Source: Amphiscolops sp. MND2022 (Eukaryota). Taken from it: a DNA stretch of 64,000 nt. Location of the stretch: assembly GCA_964187785.1 (NCBI GenBank), contig OZ076417.1:46934001-46998000 (forward strand). The letters run 5' to 3'. Below, piece by piece: positions 1 to 11,466 of this stretch; position 1 is the first letter of the stretch, and the number at the start of each line of letters is the position of its first letter. Position numbers and translations under genes: made by a program. The notes under the pieces are model-generated. The model worked only from the letters and a program-made list of their open reading frames with translations, was not told where the DNA came from and ran no database searches.

Positions 1-2124
1 TTCGAGGACCTAAAATGGATTTAAACCACTTTCTGTATATTTTTAAATTTTTAGGAAAATGTTTTGTAAAATTTTTTTGTCGAAAAATAAGCAATTGTTG
101 TTTTGATAACGCTTACTTACACTAAGCTACCAAAACACAAAAGACACCTGATAAGCGCAATAAGTGTTCATTTTAAATTTCTGAGAAAAGTTCAGAGGCT
201 AATGTTTTTCAAATTTCCGGTATAAATACATTTTTTTGGTTTTGAAATGAATGAAAAATCAAAATGAATGGATCCAAAAAGGTGTTATCATCTGGCATCA
301 TTAAACATTTTGTCATTTCTCGAAGTATACCAAACAATAACTCACAAAGCGCTGGTCTTGAGTTTCTTTCATTGACTGTTTTCTTTATATATTTTTCTAT
401 GTCTAACACTTTATGTAATATGTAACGGCAAGCGCTAAGCATTTGTGACGAGACATTGGAGTGAAGGAACTGGCCCCATGGCTATGGTGCGGGACAAACC
501 ACCATAACACCAGCTCACTTTGTCCTCCTAAGGATAGCCGGTCCCGAGGAGGGGGAACCGTCTCTAAGGATGCTCTCTGTCCTGATACCAGTCTGTTGCT
601 GCTAAAAGTCACAGGAATTGCGCTTTCCTCTCACAACCACTGCGTAAATAGCTTATAAAAACGACAAGGTAGCAAAGAACTGAATTCCACCATTGGGAAT
701 ATGTTGTAAAAGCACATGGTAAGAATAGCCCTCGAGCTAATAATTCATCAAGCAAATACGTCATTTACTACAATAAAGTCCAGTTTGACGAAGTGGGTGG
801 GCTTCCGGGCGGCATGGCACCAGCACTCGAGCTGGGCACAACCCCGGGGCACGGATACTACAATTAAGCCGTCATGCTGCTTTCCGGGTCGGTCCTGCAA
901 AAGTGGGCTTCAGCAGGCAAACACCGTGGATTCTAGCACTTTCGCTGTCTTTTTTCACCAGTTCGTGGCCTGACACACGTTCTTTTTCGCTCTCTCCTTC
1001 GCGGGGCACTTCTTTTGCTGTTTCTCAATGATTTTCGCGGACAGGTACTTTGCAAAATCATGTTCGAGTGCCACGTCAGTTTTGAACGAATTTTTCAAAT
1101 ATCGCCAAATTTTCGTTGGTTACAGGATGACGTTTCATCCACTTCCCGGGCTTCTGGCTTGTCGTCCCCGGCAAGCACCGCAGGACCTTGTCCAGCAATA
1201 GGGTGCTGCCCATCCTGTGAATACGTCTTGAAACAAAGACGAAGCCTTGTCAAACGGTTGTTGCAGAAACATCGTCGTCTGGGACCCTATGAAATACTGC
1301 TACAAAACTTCGCATTTGCACAAAAAAATCGTGACGGTTTTAGCACCAGCTCGAGAGGTAGGAATTTTGGGCGGCTTTTGCCATTTTGAAGCACATCTGA
1401 AGGCTAGGCTAGTGCCAGCTAAAAAAATGTTTTTCTCCTGTTTTTCAGATTTTCGTATTATTCAGTTTTTTACAAGAAACTTTTTTTGTTGGGAGCGCGC
1501 GAGATCCGCTTAGAGAACAGACAGTAGATAGAATGCACACGACTCAACGAAAGAATAGCAGTTCAGCTTAAAAGAACATTTTCAGGTTTCTTTTCGCCTT
1601 TGGACCAGGAACTTTTTCTCTGACACCGCTCGAGGTGTTAGCTGCAGAAAAAACTGTATTTTCTTGGTTGTCTTTTTTAACGCTCGGCTAAATTCAGTCC
1701 CAGCACGCGGGGCAGGCGCACTCTGAGGCCATACACCCACGGCATTCTTTACAATATAAAACTACCTATATAACAATCAACTAAAATTGCACCAATTTAA
1801 GGTAGCACCCAGGAAAGGCAATAGCAGTTTCAGCAGAGTGTTGGCACTTCTGTAGGTCTTGAGCCCTCAAGCTCCGAACAAATCTGGTGAGCCATCGGGC
1901 TCACCGATGTAATGGCAATTGCTTTGTATTGGTAATGGCTTTACTGCACAGCCGATTTGTGCCGACCGCGGGGTGGGATCTTTCGGATTTTTGTTACATT
2001 ATCTGTAAAGTTTTTCACGCTGTCTTTAAAACCTTTACAGATAAAGTGTTAGAAATTGAAAAATGTATAAAGAACACAGTCACTTAAGAAAGTTTAGATT
2101 TTCTGACCCTTTGAAAAACAGTTC

Positions 2125-2264
2125 AGAAAATGTTGATAGATCATCAGTTTTCAATATTTTAGTGACTAAAATTAGAAAACAAAAGAATAATTGGTTATGC
2201 AATTACAATTTTGTTTTCAAATTTTAGTCACTAAAATATTCAAAATCGATGATCAACATTTTCT
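2125..2264. repeat. Imperfect inverted repeat (fold-back), ~57-bp arms, ~25-nt spacer
   Basis: Left arm AGAAAATGTTGAT..ATATTTTAGTGACTAAAATTAGAAAACAAAA (2125-2184) matches the reverse complement of TTTTGTTTTCAAATTTTAGTCACTAAAATATTCAAAATCGATGATCAACATTTTCT (2209-2264). Confidence 0.8.
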
Positions 2265-3269
2265 AACGATTTTTCAGATGTTCAGGAAATCTAATCTTCG
2301 TCCTGAATATAACCTGCGATTTGTTTCAAGTTTTTGCTTCCAGAACAAGAACATTCGCAGAAACAAATGCGGGTTCAGCTGTTTTTAGCTTCTGCCACAT
2401 CAGTACTCAAAATGCGCATTTTTTTCAAATTCTTCATTGGTCATCGCTGGCGAGAAATTTTCAAGGTGAACATGTCAAGTCAAACATGTAGGCAGCATAA
2501 TTGACTGGCAATGATCTTTTTGGCATATAGGCTGATGTATACCCTGGTTGAAACTGCTTGAAACTTTTACATGATTTTATAGGCTACCAAGCACTTTTAG
2601 CATGATTTTTGGAGTTTCATAGAGAATCATTAATGCTAAATATTTCCGATGCAATGCTATTTCTTCAAGTATTTATTAGGATTTCTATACAATTTGGCGG
2701 GTTTTCAGAGCAACATCAAGGAAGTTCAAGAAAAATTTTCCGCGAAATTTTCCATGTTTCTGCTCAAAAACCTCAAATTTTATGAGTGCTGACGCTAACA
2801 TATGATGTAAACAATTTTTTTCGTGTGTCAGTGTGGCAAACAAATTCGTATTACTAAAAAATTTTTTCGACCACAAAAATTTTTTGCATGCAAACTGTTG
2901 AAATACGCAATATTAATCACTTTCCTCTTTTGGAAAACCCAAAAAAATGATTCCGAAGTTCCTTAAGGTTTTTTTGAGCGACTACTTCAAGAGCGGAACA
3001 TTAAAATCAGTCGTTTTAATTGGATGAAATTTGAACTTTCAAGATGTTGAAAAAAACTTGTAAAACTGGAAAACAAGAATAACTATAGGTTTTTTTGAGC
3101 ATTTTCGATTAAATTCTTTGCAAAAAATGAAAATTTTGATCAGATTGATCAAAAAAATTGATATGATTGTCGAAAAAAAATGAATTCGAGGTAAAAACTT
3201 GAAATTCTGGAAATTCTGATCAGAAATTCTATCTTAAAACATGTATTTACGAAAAGGGGGAGGACGGAA

Positions 3270-3388
3270 TAAGATCTAACGCCTAAGATCTAACGAAATA
3301 AGATCCAAAGATCTAACATGCTCAATAATAACCTTACGCCTAAGATCTAATTTGAGAAATCCGACTTGCGCCTAAGATCTAAGACCTA
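3270..3388. repeat. Cluster of short AAGATCTAA repeats
   Basis: About five TAAGATCTAA-like copies at irregular spacing. Confidence 0.75.
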
Positions 3389-3849
3389 AAATAATCAAAC
3401 TGCAAAAACACATTTTTTTCAGGTTTGTGATGCATTTTCTTTAAAGATAAAACGGAAGAATCTTGCAAGATAGGCATTTTGTTTGAACTAGGGCAGAGTT
3501 GGAACCGGGTCATGATTTTCTACTCAACGCCCGGCCCGAGCCCGTTTCAAAAATCCTAACACAATCCGATATTTTTGAACATTTTTATTACCCGACGAAA
3601 CTGATCGAAAACGAATTAGATACCCGAAAGTATATTGTAAATGATAATCAGGTATAAGCATCATGTTCAAACATCCCCCTTTTTACAAAAATTTCAAACA
3701 TTCAACGCCAGACAGTTTTTTGACAGACATCTGGGCTCTACGAGCTGTGCGAATAAATCTACAGCGAGCAAATAAAAGGAATCCATTGTGAAAATTATAT
3801 AGCCCAGTTTAATGCATAATTTTTTGATTTATTTTCCGAATTGCTATAC

Positions 3850-4560
3850 CCAGCCCAAAATATGTTTTCTCCAATACTTTCATATATTTATACCTCAGAT
3901 CATTGAAAAATCGGAAACCTGAAGATCCTTTACTGAGCACATTTCTCGTCTTTGCCTCTGGAAACCTCAATTTGCCCGTTCTGAGCCGTTTTTTGAGCGT
4001 GTGTTGTCGCAAAGTACGTGTCGGGCTGTCTTTAAGGATATTTTAGAAAAAAATATTTGTTTTCGCAGTTTTGGAACTCTGGTTTTTTTTCTAATGCTTC
4101 GCAACAATCTGAATTACACAGTGTTTTGTTTGAGCCTATCACTTCAAACTTCTAGCAATTGTGTGGACTCTGTTAAAGAGACTTGCAAGAAAGTGCCCCG
4201 GAAACCGCTGGGATCTGTTTTTGACATTGAAGATGTTCCGGCTTTCTTGCTTCTTAAATGCGAAACAATGTTTGCTCAGCCTTAAATGTAACACTTTTAG
4301 TTTTGCGGGTGGTGTTTGTGCTTCTTGAATTTTTCGCAGCTTAGGCTGATAGACTGTCAAAAATGAGTTTTCTACCTTTTCCAAAACATGTTTTCTCCAA
4401 TACTTTCATATATGTATAATCTAGATCGTTGAGAAACGGGAAACCTGAAGATCCTATAAATTGAGCACAATTCTGGTTTTGCCTTTCGAAACCTAACTTC
4501 GCAAATGCCGTTTTTTTGAGGAAGTTTTTAAACGTGTTTTTACGCTTGCGCTGACGTTTG
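3850..4560. repeat. Diverged ~170-200-bp direct repeat pair (~3850-4020 and ~4385-4560)
   Basis: Shared TGTTTTCTCCAATACTTTCATAT...AGATC.TTGA.AAA.GG.AACCTGAAGATCCT; explains the two similar spurious minus-strand ORFs. Confidence 0.7.
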
Positions 4561-5153
4561 CGAAAAAAAATAATGCAGTGACTTTTTTTCAAAAATTTTG
4601 TAAGTTGCAGCGACTTTTTTCAACGCCCAGTGAAATCCCGCCAGGATTTTCCATGCTGCAGTTTAATTTTTTCCCTGCGCGCAGTCTGAATTTTCTATGT
4701 TTTATAAAAAACTGCCCTGCGTGCTTGCCTGCAACATGTGAAAAGTCACGGCAGTTTCGACTAGGGTATCCTCTTCCTGAATTTTGGAAGTTTGGAGAAC
4801 TTTTTGTGGACGCCTACTGTGGAGGACAGACGAACTGAATTGAGAAACTAATTAGTCTGCCTCATTACTATTTGTTCGATACTATTTATAGTATGTACCT
4901 GCCTGCCACATAAGTTCAGATGATGTTCTTTCTTATATGTATTAGTACAAAAAGAATGGATCTAAAGAAAAGTTGAATTTAATATAAACATTGCTTTTCA
5001 ATCAGTATTCCAAAGAGATACAGGACGTCAACGGAATCGCACCCGAACGATCAACCGTTACCAAATGACACGCTGAACAGAACCAGTGAACGGACGTGCA
5101 CACAAAAACTAACCATCCCAACGCTAGAAAAACAAGATTACACCAACGCAAAC

Positions 5154-5950
5154 ATGTGGTGGCGGAAGTTCGTACAATACATAAAAATGACCAAGGACCT
5201 GGACCTGTCAAAAATGACGAACAACAAAGAAATACTGCCACAATACCGCGAACAGCTGGAAACGGAAATAAAAGATATATTCCTATGGGCAATCGGTCAA
5301 AACGCCATTACAGAAATGACCAAAACGGTTAGAGAAAGAGAACCAAGCTCACTACCGTTATACAACTTATACACATTGTTCAGACTGCATTTCACACCGG
5401 AAAGAAACTTCCAACACGGCAGAGCCGATTTTTTCGACCTCAAACGGGAAGACGGAGAATCTGCGGCGGATGTATGGAAACGAATACTAGAAGTAGAGAA
5501 AAACTGCGAGTTCGAGACAATAACCGCGGCAGAACTTCTGGCATCAAAATTCCTATCCGTCATTGGAAAATCAACAGGCGACTATAATCTAAAAAAGAAG
5601 ATCAGGAAAAGTGACATGTCAGTTGAAGCAATAACAGAAGCATTACACGAATACATGTATGAAAAATTGAACGACTCACCCCAGAAACAGGAGAAGAGAA
5701 GAAAATCAGATACCTCAAAAAAAGAAAAACAAGAAACATAAAAGAACTGTCGGAAAAACTGACAAAGTTCAAGAAAATAGACTGCATTAGATGTTGAGCA
5801 CCCAACTGGACAAGGCAACACGAATGTCCAGCCAAAGGGAAGAAATGCACAAAATGCGAGAAAATTGGGCACTACGCACAATACTGCAGAACAAATAAAC
5901 GAATAAACCATATACAAGATGACGAGGCAAGCAGCGCGGAAGATGACGAT
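5154..5950 (+). pseudogene. gag: gag remnant of element A (frameshifted, zinc-knuckle region degraded)
   Basis: ORF 5154-5741 (DIFLWAIG...RADFFDLKRE...EKNCEF) aligns with Gag of element D (DFIWGAG...RGDFFWAKQE...EKNCEF); CPAKGKKCTKCEKIGHYAQYC is readable in a shifted frame near 5825-5890. Confidence 0.85.
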
Positions 5951-6043
5951 TGGTCACCAGACACAATCCATTCAGTAAATCAAAAGGTCCATTCAACACA
6001 CCAATTCAAGAAGAATGGTCCGGAATTATTCACAATCACGGCA

Positions 6044-9000
6044 TTGGTGAACAGCCGACCAATCAAATTCATAATAGACAGCGGCTCGCCGGTCACAGTA
6101 ATTCCAAAATCACAATTTCACGGAATAACACCGTTAAGGCCAATTGGAACCGAATACAGAGACGTGAATGACAACCGGATAAAATTCGAAGGAAAAACTA
6201 CCGCATCAGGAGAAATAAACGGAAAAAGAAACGACCTCGAACTATTAATAACCACAAAGAAAACCATCACTCTATTAGGCTTGGACTGAATGGAAAAACT
6301 AGGTATAACGCTGGACACCGGTGAAATCGGTCCACAAATAAACCAAATAACCGAAGATCCAGACATAACCACCCTAAAGAGAAGATTTAGAAAACTTTTT
6401 AACGAGAACCACACCGTTAACGGAATCGAAGTGAAAATACAGCTGAAAGAGGACGCCAAATTGATCCAGCAGAAGGGAAGACCAATACCGATTCACCTAC
6501 AACAATCGGTTGGGAAAGAAATAAACAAACTCATAAAACAGGGGCACAGAAAAGCAAATAACATCGACGAAAATTGCTTCGTTAGTCCGGCTGTAATCAC
6601 AGTAAAAAAAGATAAGTCGGTAAAAATCGCATTAGACTCACGAAAACTTAACGAAACTAGAATAAAAAGAAAAACCCAAATGCCAAACATGGAGGATTTA
6701 ATTTCCAGAATCTCCAGAAAATAGCGGACGGTCCGGCGGACGAAATATGGGCCTCAAAACTTGATTTGGATTACGCCTATGGTCAGCCAGCTAATTCTAT
6801 CCAGAGAAGCCCAAAACCTATGCATCTTTGCCGTAACCGGAGGTGACTTCACCGGTTACTACCGTTTCCAGAAGGGATTTCACGGTCTAGCGGACATACC
6901 GACCATATTTCAAGAAAAGATCGACCAGACACTGGAAAACAAACATCCAGCATGGTGGACGATATCATTATCGTAACAAAAGGACCAAAGGAACAACACA
7001 AGAAAGAATTAATCGAAGTATTAACCCGACTAGAAAACGCCGGTTACAGATTCAGCAAAAATAAATCCGAATTCTTCAAAAAAGAAGTTGAATGGATTGG
7101 TCACAAAATTAACCAAAACGGTATCAGACGGTTACAAGACAAATTATTGGCGATAAAAAATTTAAAGCAATCAAACAACGAAAAAGAACTAAAACCGTTC
7201 TTAGGCGCCATTCAATATCTATCCAAATATATAGATAATCTCTCCGCCCAAACAGACCGTCTAAGACAACTCCTAAAGAAAGATAAGGGCTGGCTATGGA
7301 CGGAAGAACAGACCCAGGCCTTTGAAAATCTCAAACAAAAGATCACAGAAATACCGTGTCTGGCCCACTACAATTCAGATTACCCAAATATAATAACAAC
7401 CGACGCAAGCACAAAAGGCCTCGGGGCAACCCTTTGGCAAGAACAACCAGACGGAAAGTTAAAACCCATCGGATTTGCCAGTCGATTCCTTTCGGACACC
7501 GAAAAGAAGTACGCAATTAATGAACTGGAGCTATTGGCCGTAGTTTGGGGATTAGAACACTTTCGATTATATATCTACGGTGAGCCGATCAAATTACTTA
7601 CGGATCACCAAGCACTAGAACCAATAATTAAAAGGAACCGATCCAATAAGACGTACAGCGCGCGCTTAACTAGATGCCTGGACCGGTTAGCACATTTCAC
7701 CATCAACGTAAATCACATTGCCGGGAAACACTTAGCACTCACGGATTACTTGAGCAGAAATCCGTCAATGCCGCCGCAAACGGACGAAGCGTACGACGAA
7801 GAATACGTCATCAACAATATCATGCCGCACTACAAGTTCATCTCCAAACACGGTTGCCTTAGCAACCACGCTAACCAATCAGAACGCGGAACGGTCGAAA
7901 GCGAGCACAAAGCAAACAACAAACCACGGCTGCAAGACACACACAAGCAAACTGCCATTGATTGCCTAAACAACTCAGCGTTAACACGTCTTATATCAAT
8001 TGACAATAGTAACTTTAAAATGGATGTCAAAACACTTGACAACCTAGCGGCGGTAGATTTTTCCGCCGAAACAAACCAAATAAATCAGAGTTGGAAGGAG
8101 ATTGTGAAACCCGGTATTTACCGAATGACCAGTGGAAATGGAAAAAAAAACCACGAACCTTAATTCTTGCGCAATGAGCAAAAAGTAATCGAGGAGAGAT
8201 TACAACAAATTATTAATACACGAGAACAAGGCGACCTGAGACAACGAATTGGTCCACAACACAGCGGAGGATTCCAACCGAAATCCGGAAGGTCCGAACA
8301 ATGACCGTCGACCCATTCTGGGAAATGGACAGGCCAACACCGGTTAACCACGCAGATCGACTGGGTGCATCGACAACCCTACCGTCCCAACAGGGAACTT
8401 TTCGACCCCATGCCAATGGAAGAAGGCGAAATCGAATCAGAGACGGACCAAGACCCGCCAGTACTCGAAGTTCCTGCAATCCACTGGGCACGCTACGTGG
8501 GGGTAAAGAGCGTGCAGTATGTCAAAATGCATCAAAAGTCACGGCAATGGCAGAAAACAACTGGGACCTCGGACAAGCTGTAAGGGATACGGAGCGAAAC
8601 TTATCGACAGACTTACAGCTACTAATGAACGAAACAACGAATGACCCGACATTGCTGAAAACACTAGTCTGTCTGGAATGCCAACAACATGAACAAATTC
8701 CAGACGAATACCTACAACACAAGAAGAAATTGTCAACGAGATTCGGCCTGGTCTTCATCGAAGACAAAATCATCGTTCCCAAAAACCTCAGGACTACAAT
8801 TATCAGCTTACTTCACAAGGGCCAGCCCGCCACTAACAAAATGACAACAGCGGCAAGACACTTTTGGTGGCCAAAGATGACAGAAGCTATTTAAAAGAAA
8901 TGCGAGTCATGCATCCCCTGCAAAATGTCCAGTAAGAACATTGAACCTAACATACCAAGTACGGAAAAGAACAATCTTCCCCGGTTACACAATCCAAACG

Positions 9001-9242
9001 AAGAATTTCAATTGGATTTCATCGGACCAATCACGGTAGACAACCGTCAATTTCACATTTTACTGTCCATGGACCGGTTCAGTAAATGGCCAGCGGCAAG
9101 ATTTTGCACATCTACTGACGGCGAAAAGGCAATTAAAGTTCGCGAACAATACATCCAACTGAACGGGGTACCAAAAACGATAAGAACCGATAAGGCTACA
9201 GCCTTTACGGGATGCCTATTTAGAAATTTTTGTAAAGAACCT
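6044..9242 (+). pseudogene. pol: pol remnant of element A (PR-RT-RH-IN) with several stops and frameshifts
   Basis: ORFs 6044-6289, 6290-6724, 6952-8163, 8301-8894 and 8925-9242 carry PR DSG, RT KIALDSRKLN and (W)xDDII, RNase H, IN zinc finger LHKG...C..C and IN core QLDF / RTDKATAF. Confidence 0.9.
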
Positions 9243-9442
9243 NNNNNNNNNNNNNNNNNNNNNNNNNNNNNNNNNNNNNNNNNNNNNNNNNNNNNNNNNN
9301 NNNNNNNNNNNNNNNNNNNNNNNNNNNNNNNNNNNNNNNNNNNNNNNNNNNNNNNNNNNNNNNNNNNNNNNNNNNNNNNNNNNNNNNNNNNNNNNNNNNN
9401 NNNNNNNNNNNNNNNNNNNNNNNNNNNNNNNNNNNNNNNNNN
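9243..9442. other. Assembly gap (200 N)
   Basis: Run of N; the sequence after the gap does not continue element A. Confidence 0.99.
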
Positions 9443-11186
9443 TCTAAAAGTAGGTTATCTCAGTGGCCCAGCACCCTTTTTCCAACCTTTTGGCGTTATA
9501 TCCGAAGTAAATTGCGTCCGACTACGGAGAATCGGCGGTTGAGCTGTTTCAGGAATATTGCGCTGTATCCTAATTTTGTTCTTTTTTTTCAAACGGCGAT
9601 TTTGACGGCGGTACTTCGTGACATTTTTGAAAGTTTTTAAATAGAAGCTTCTTTCTCGATTTTTACTAAAAACGAAACGTTTTGCTAGCATAAATGACTC
9701 TCGGTACTATGTGACTAAAAGGAGACAATTTTCGAGAAAAAAATTCGAGCAATACATTTTAATCAATTTTGTGTTTTTCAATGTCTTCGGTTGGGCAAAA
9801 CCGTTTTTCGCGTTTTCAGGTTAACCTCTAATTACTTTCCAGTGAAGTGGGACTGATGAGAGTTTTTCAATGATTGTGCAAAAGCTTTTTGGGTTTTCGA
9901 GATTTTTTAAATAAAATTCTATTCTCTTTTGGAAAAAGACACTTTCGTTGTTTCCAGTTTGGAAAAAAATGGTTTTTGAGTCTCTTGTGTATCCCTTTGG
10001 GTATTTTTCGTCACGGTAAATTGAAAAGAGGCGCGACGGCATGTCACGCTTGCTTCGAGCACAAGGTTCTTCAATTTGTGTATATTCCAGTGCCCAAAAC
10101 CATGTGAACTTATCATGTGTCGGATCAAGAAACTTTGATGAAAAGATTGATGAATGGGAAAAAAGTATTTTTGCTAGAAACCCGAAGGCATCATACTTTG
10201 TGACGGAAGCTTAGATGCTGAAACAATTAGATCACATCATTGTCGTACATTCTGAGGGAGATGATTTCCGTGTCTGTTTTCAGTTCTGAGAAAAATCTGT
10301 TATAAATTGAAAAAAATCAGATCCATCTTTTTCAACCGGTTATTTGTAACGTAAAATGTACAGAACCCTCGTACAATTTATGAAACCATGAACTCCGTTT
10401 TTGGTCTCGGTCGGTCTTGAGATATAGGAGTTCAAGTATAAAAAACTAGAAAAAATCGAAAAAAAGTTTTTTCTGGAAGAAAAACGAAGGCGTCATACTT
10501 GATGACGGAAACTTTGTTTGTACAAATACTACATCCTTGCTGTACTTCTTGAGGAAAAACGGTTTCTGTTGCTTTTATCAGTTTCGAGAAATAGGAAGAT
10601 CTTGCACAATTTTTAGCGAAACATGGCATCCATGTCTATTCTCGGTTTTGAGAAATTTGCCTCACAAGCTTGAAAAGTGGGCACATGTCACGAAATCCGC
10701 GAAAAGAACTGCAGATTATTACTTATAAAATCCAAGATTCTTATGTTTTTCCTATTATATAATAAACTAGATTTTAAACATTTTACCTTTTGATATCATC
10801 ATTTTCAATCCAGCAATTGGATCCAAGGAATTATCCTTTGAAGTTAGTCATGAAAATAATAATATCAAAAGGAAAATTATGGTGCAAGTGAATTTATGAC
10901 TTGCCGAAAGAGAAGTTGACTATTTTCGGAACATGAACTTCAAGCAGATGTCTGGATTGGATATAATCCAGATCCATAAAATGAATCTGGTCTCCAACCG
11001 GACGATCCAATTTCCGTTGCTTGTAGGATTTGAAAAGTATAAGGTCTCAGTATGCAAACTGGCAGCTTTCTTCCCATTTGTTTTTGTTCAATCTGTGAAA
11101 ATGAAGTTGAATCATAAAGTAGGGAAACGATCTGTTCTTTGAAAACCAGCGCTCAACATCCTGTTGGTTGAAAAACGTCATCAGTC

Positions 11187-11407
11187 TGTGACATCATATC
11201 AACACCATGACCTCCAAACCCACCGCAACATACGGCATTAGACAGAGAGACGTATTTACCAACAAACTCTAATTACTGTCAATTTATGTTTGTACTACAT
11301 ACATACCATTAGTATAGTTTGAGATACCGCTGAATAGTCACTATAAAGATATAGTCTATTTTCTAGCCTACCCATCTGTTTTTACATTAGAGATTGAGAA
11401 TACAACA
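11187..11407 (+). repeat. 5' LTR of element D
   Basis: TGTGACATCATATC...GAATACAACA; no differences seen versus 16886-17106. Confidence 0.98.
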
Positions 11408-11419
11408 TGGCGCAGTAAC
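11408..11419 (+). promoter_or_regulatory. Primer-binding site of element D (TGGCGCAGTAAC)
   Basis: TGG immediately after the LTR terminal CA; cognate tRNA not assigned. Confidence 0.8.
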
Positions 11420-11466
11420 AAGACTTATTTTACCGCAAAACCAAAATTTTAACCGATCAACCACCA

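Larger units (their letters stand above)
4818..9242 (+). mobile_element. Element A: decayed Ty3/Gypsy (Mag-type) LTR retrotransposon, 3' part lost in the assembly gap
   Basis: Ordered gag, protease (FIIDSGSPVTVI), RT, RNase H (TTDASTKGLGA, ELELLAVVW, TDHQAL) and integrase remnants, clearly homologous to the intact element at 11187-17106. Left boundary (possible LTR TGTGGAGG...ATAAACA, 4818-4990) is tentative. Confidence 0.9.

Noticed and set aside
1800-2010. Structured RNA or SINE candidate with GGTGAGCC/GGCTCACC stem
   Set aside because: No A/B boxes, cloverleaf or poly(A) tail recognisable; a single 8-bp stem is insufficient.
3270-3388. CRISPR-like array (also considered for 20150-21150 and 62620-62870)
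   Set aside because: Eukaryotic context, irregular spacing, no unique constant-length spacers and no cas genes.
8925-9542. 205-aa ORF spanning the N run
   Set aside because: Artefact of translating through the 200-N gap; only 8925-9242 is integrase and the post-gap sequence is unrelated.
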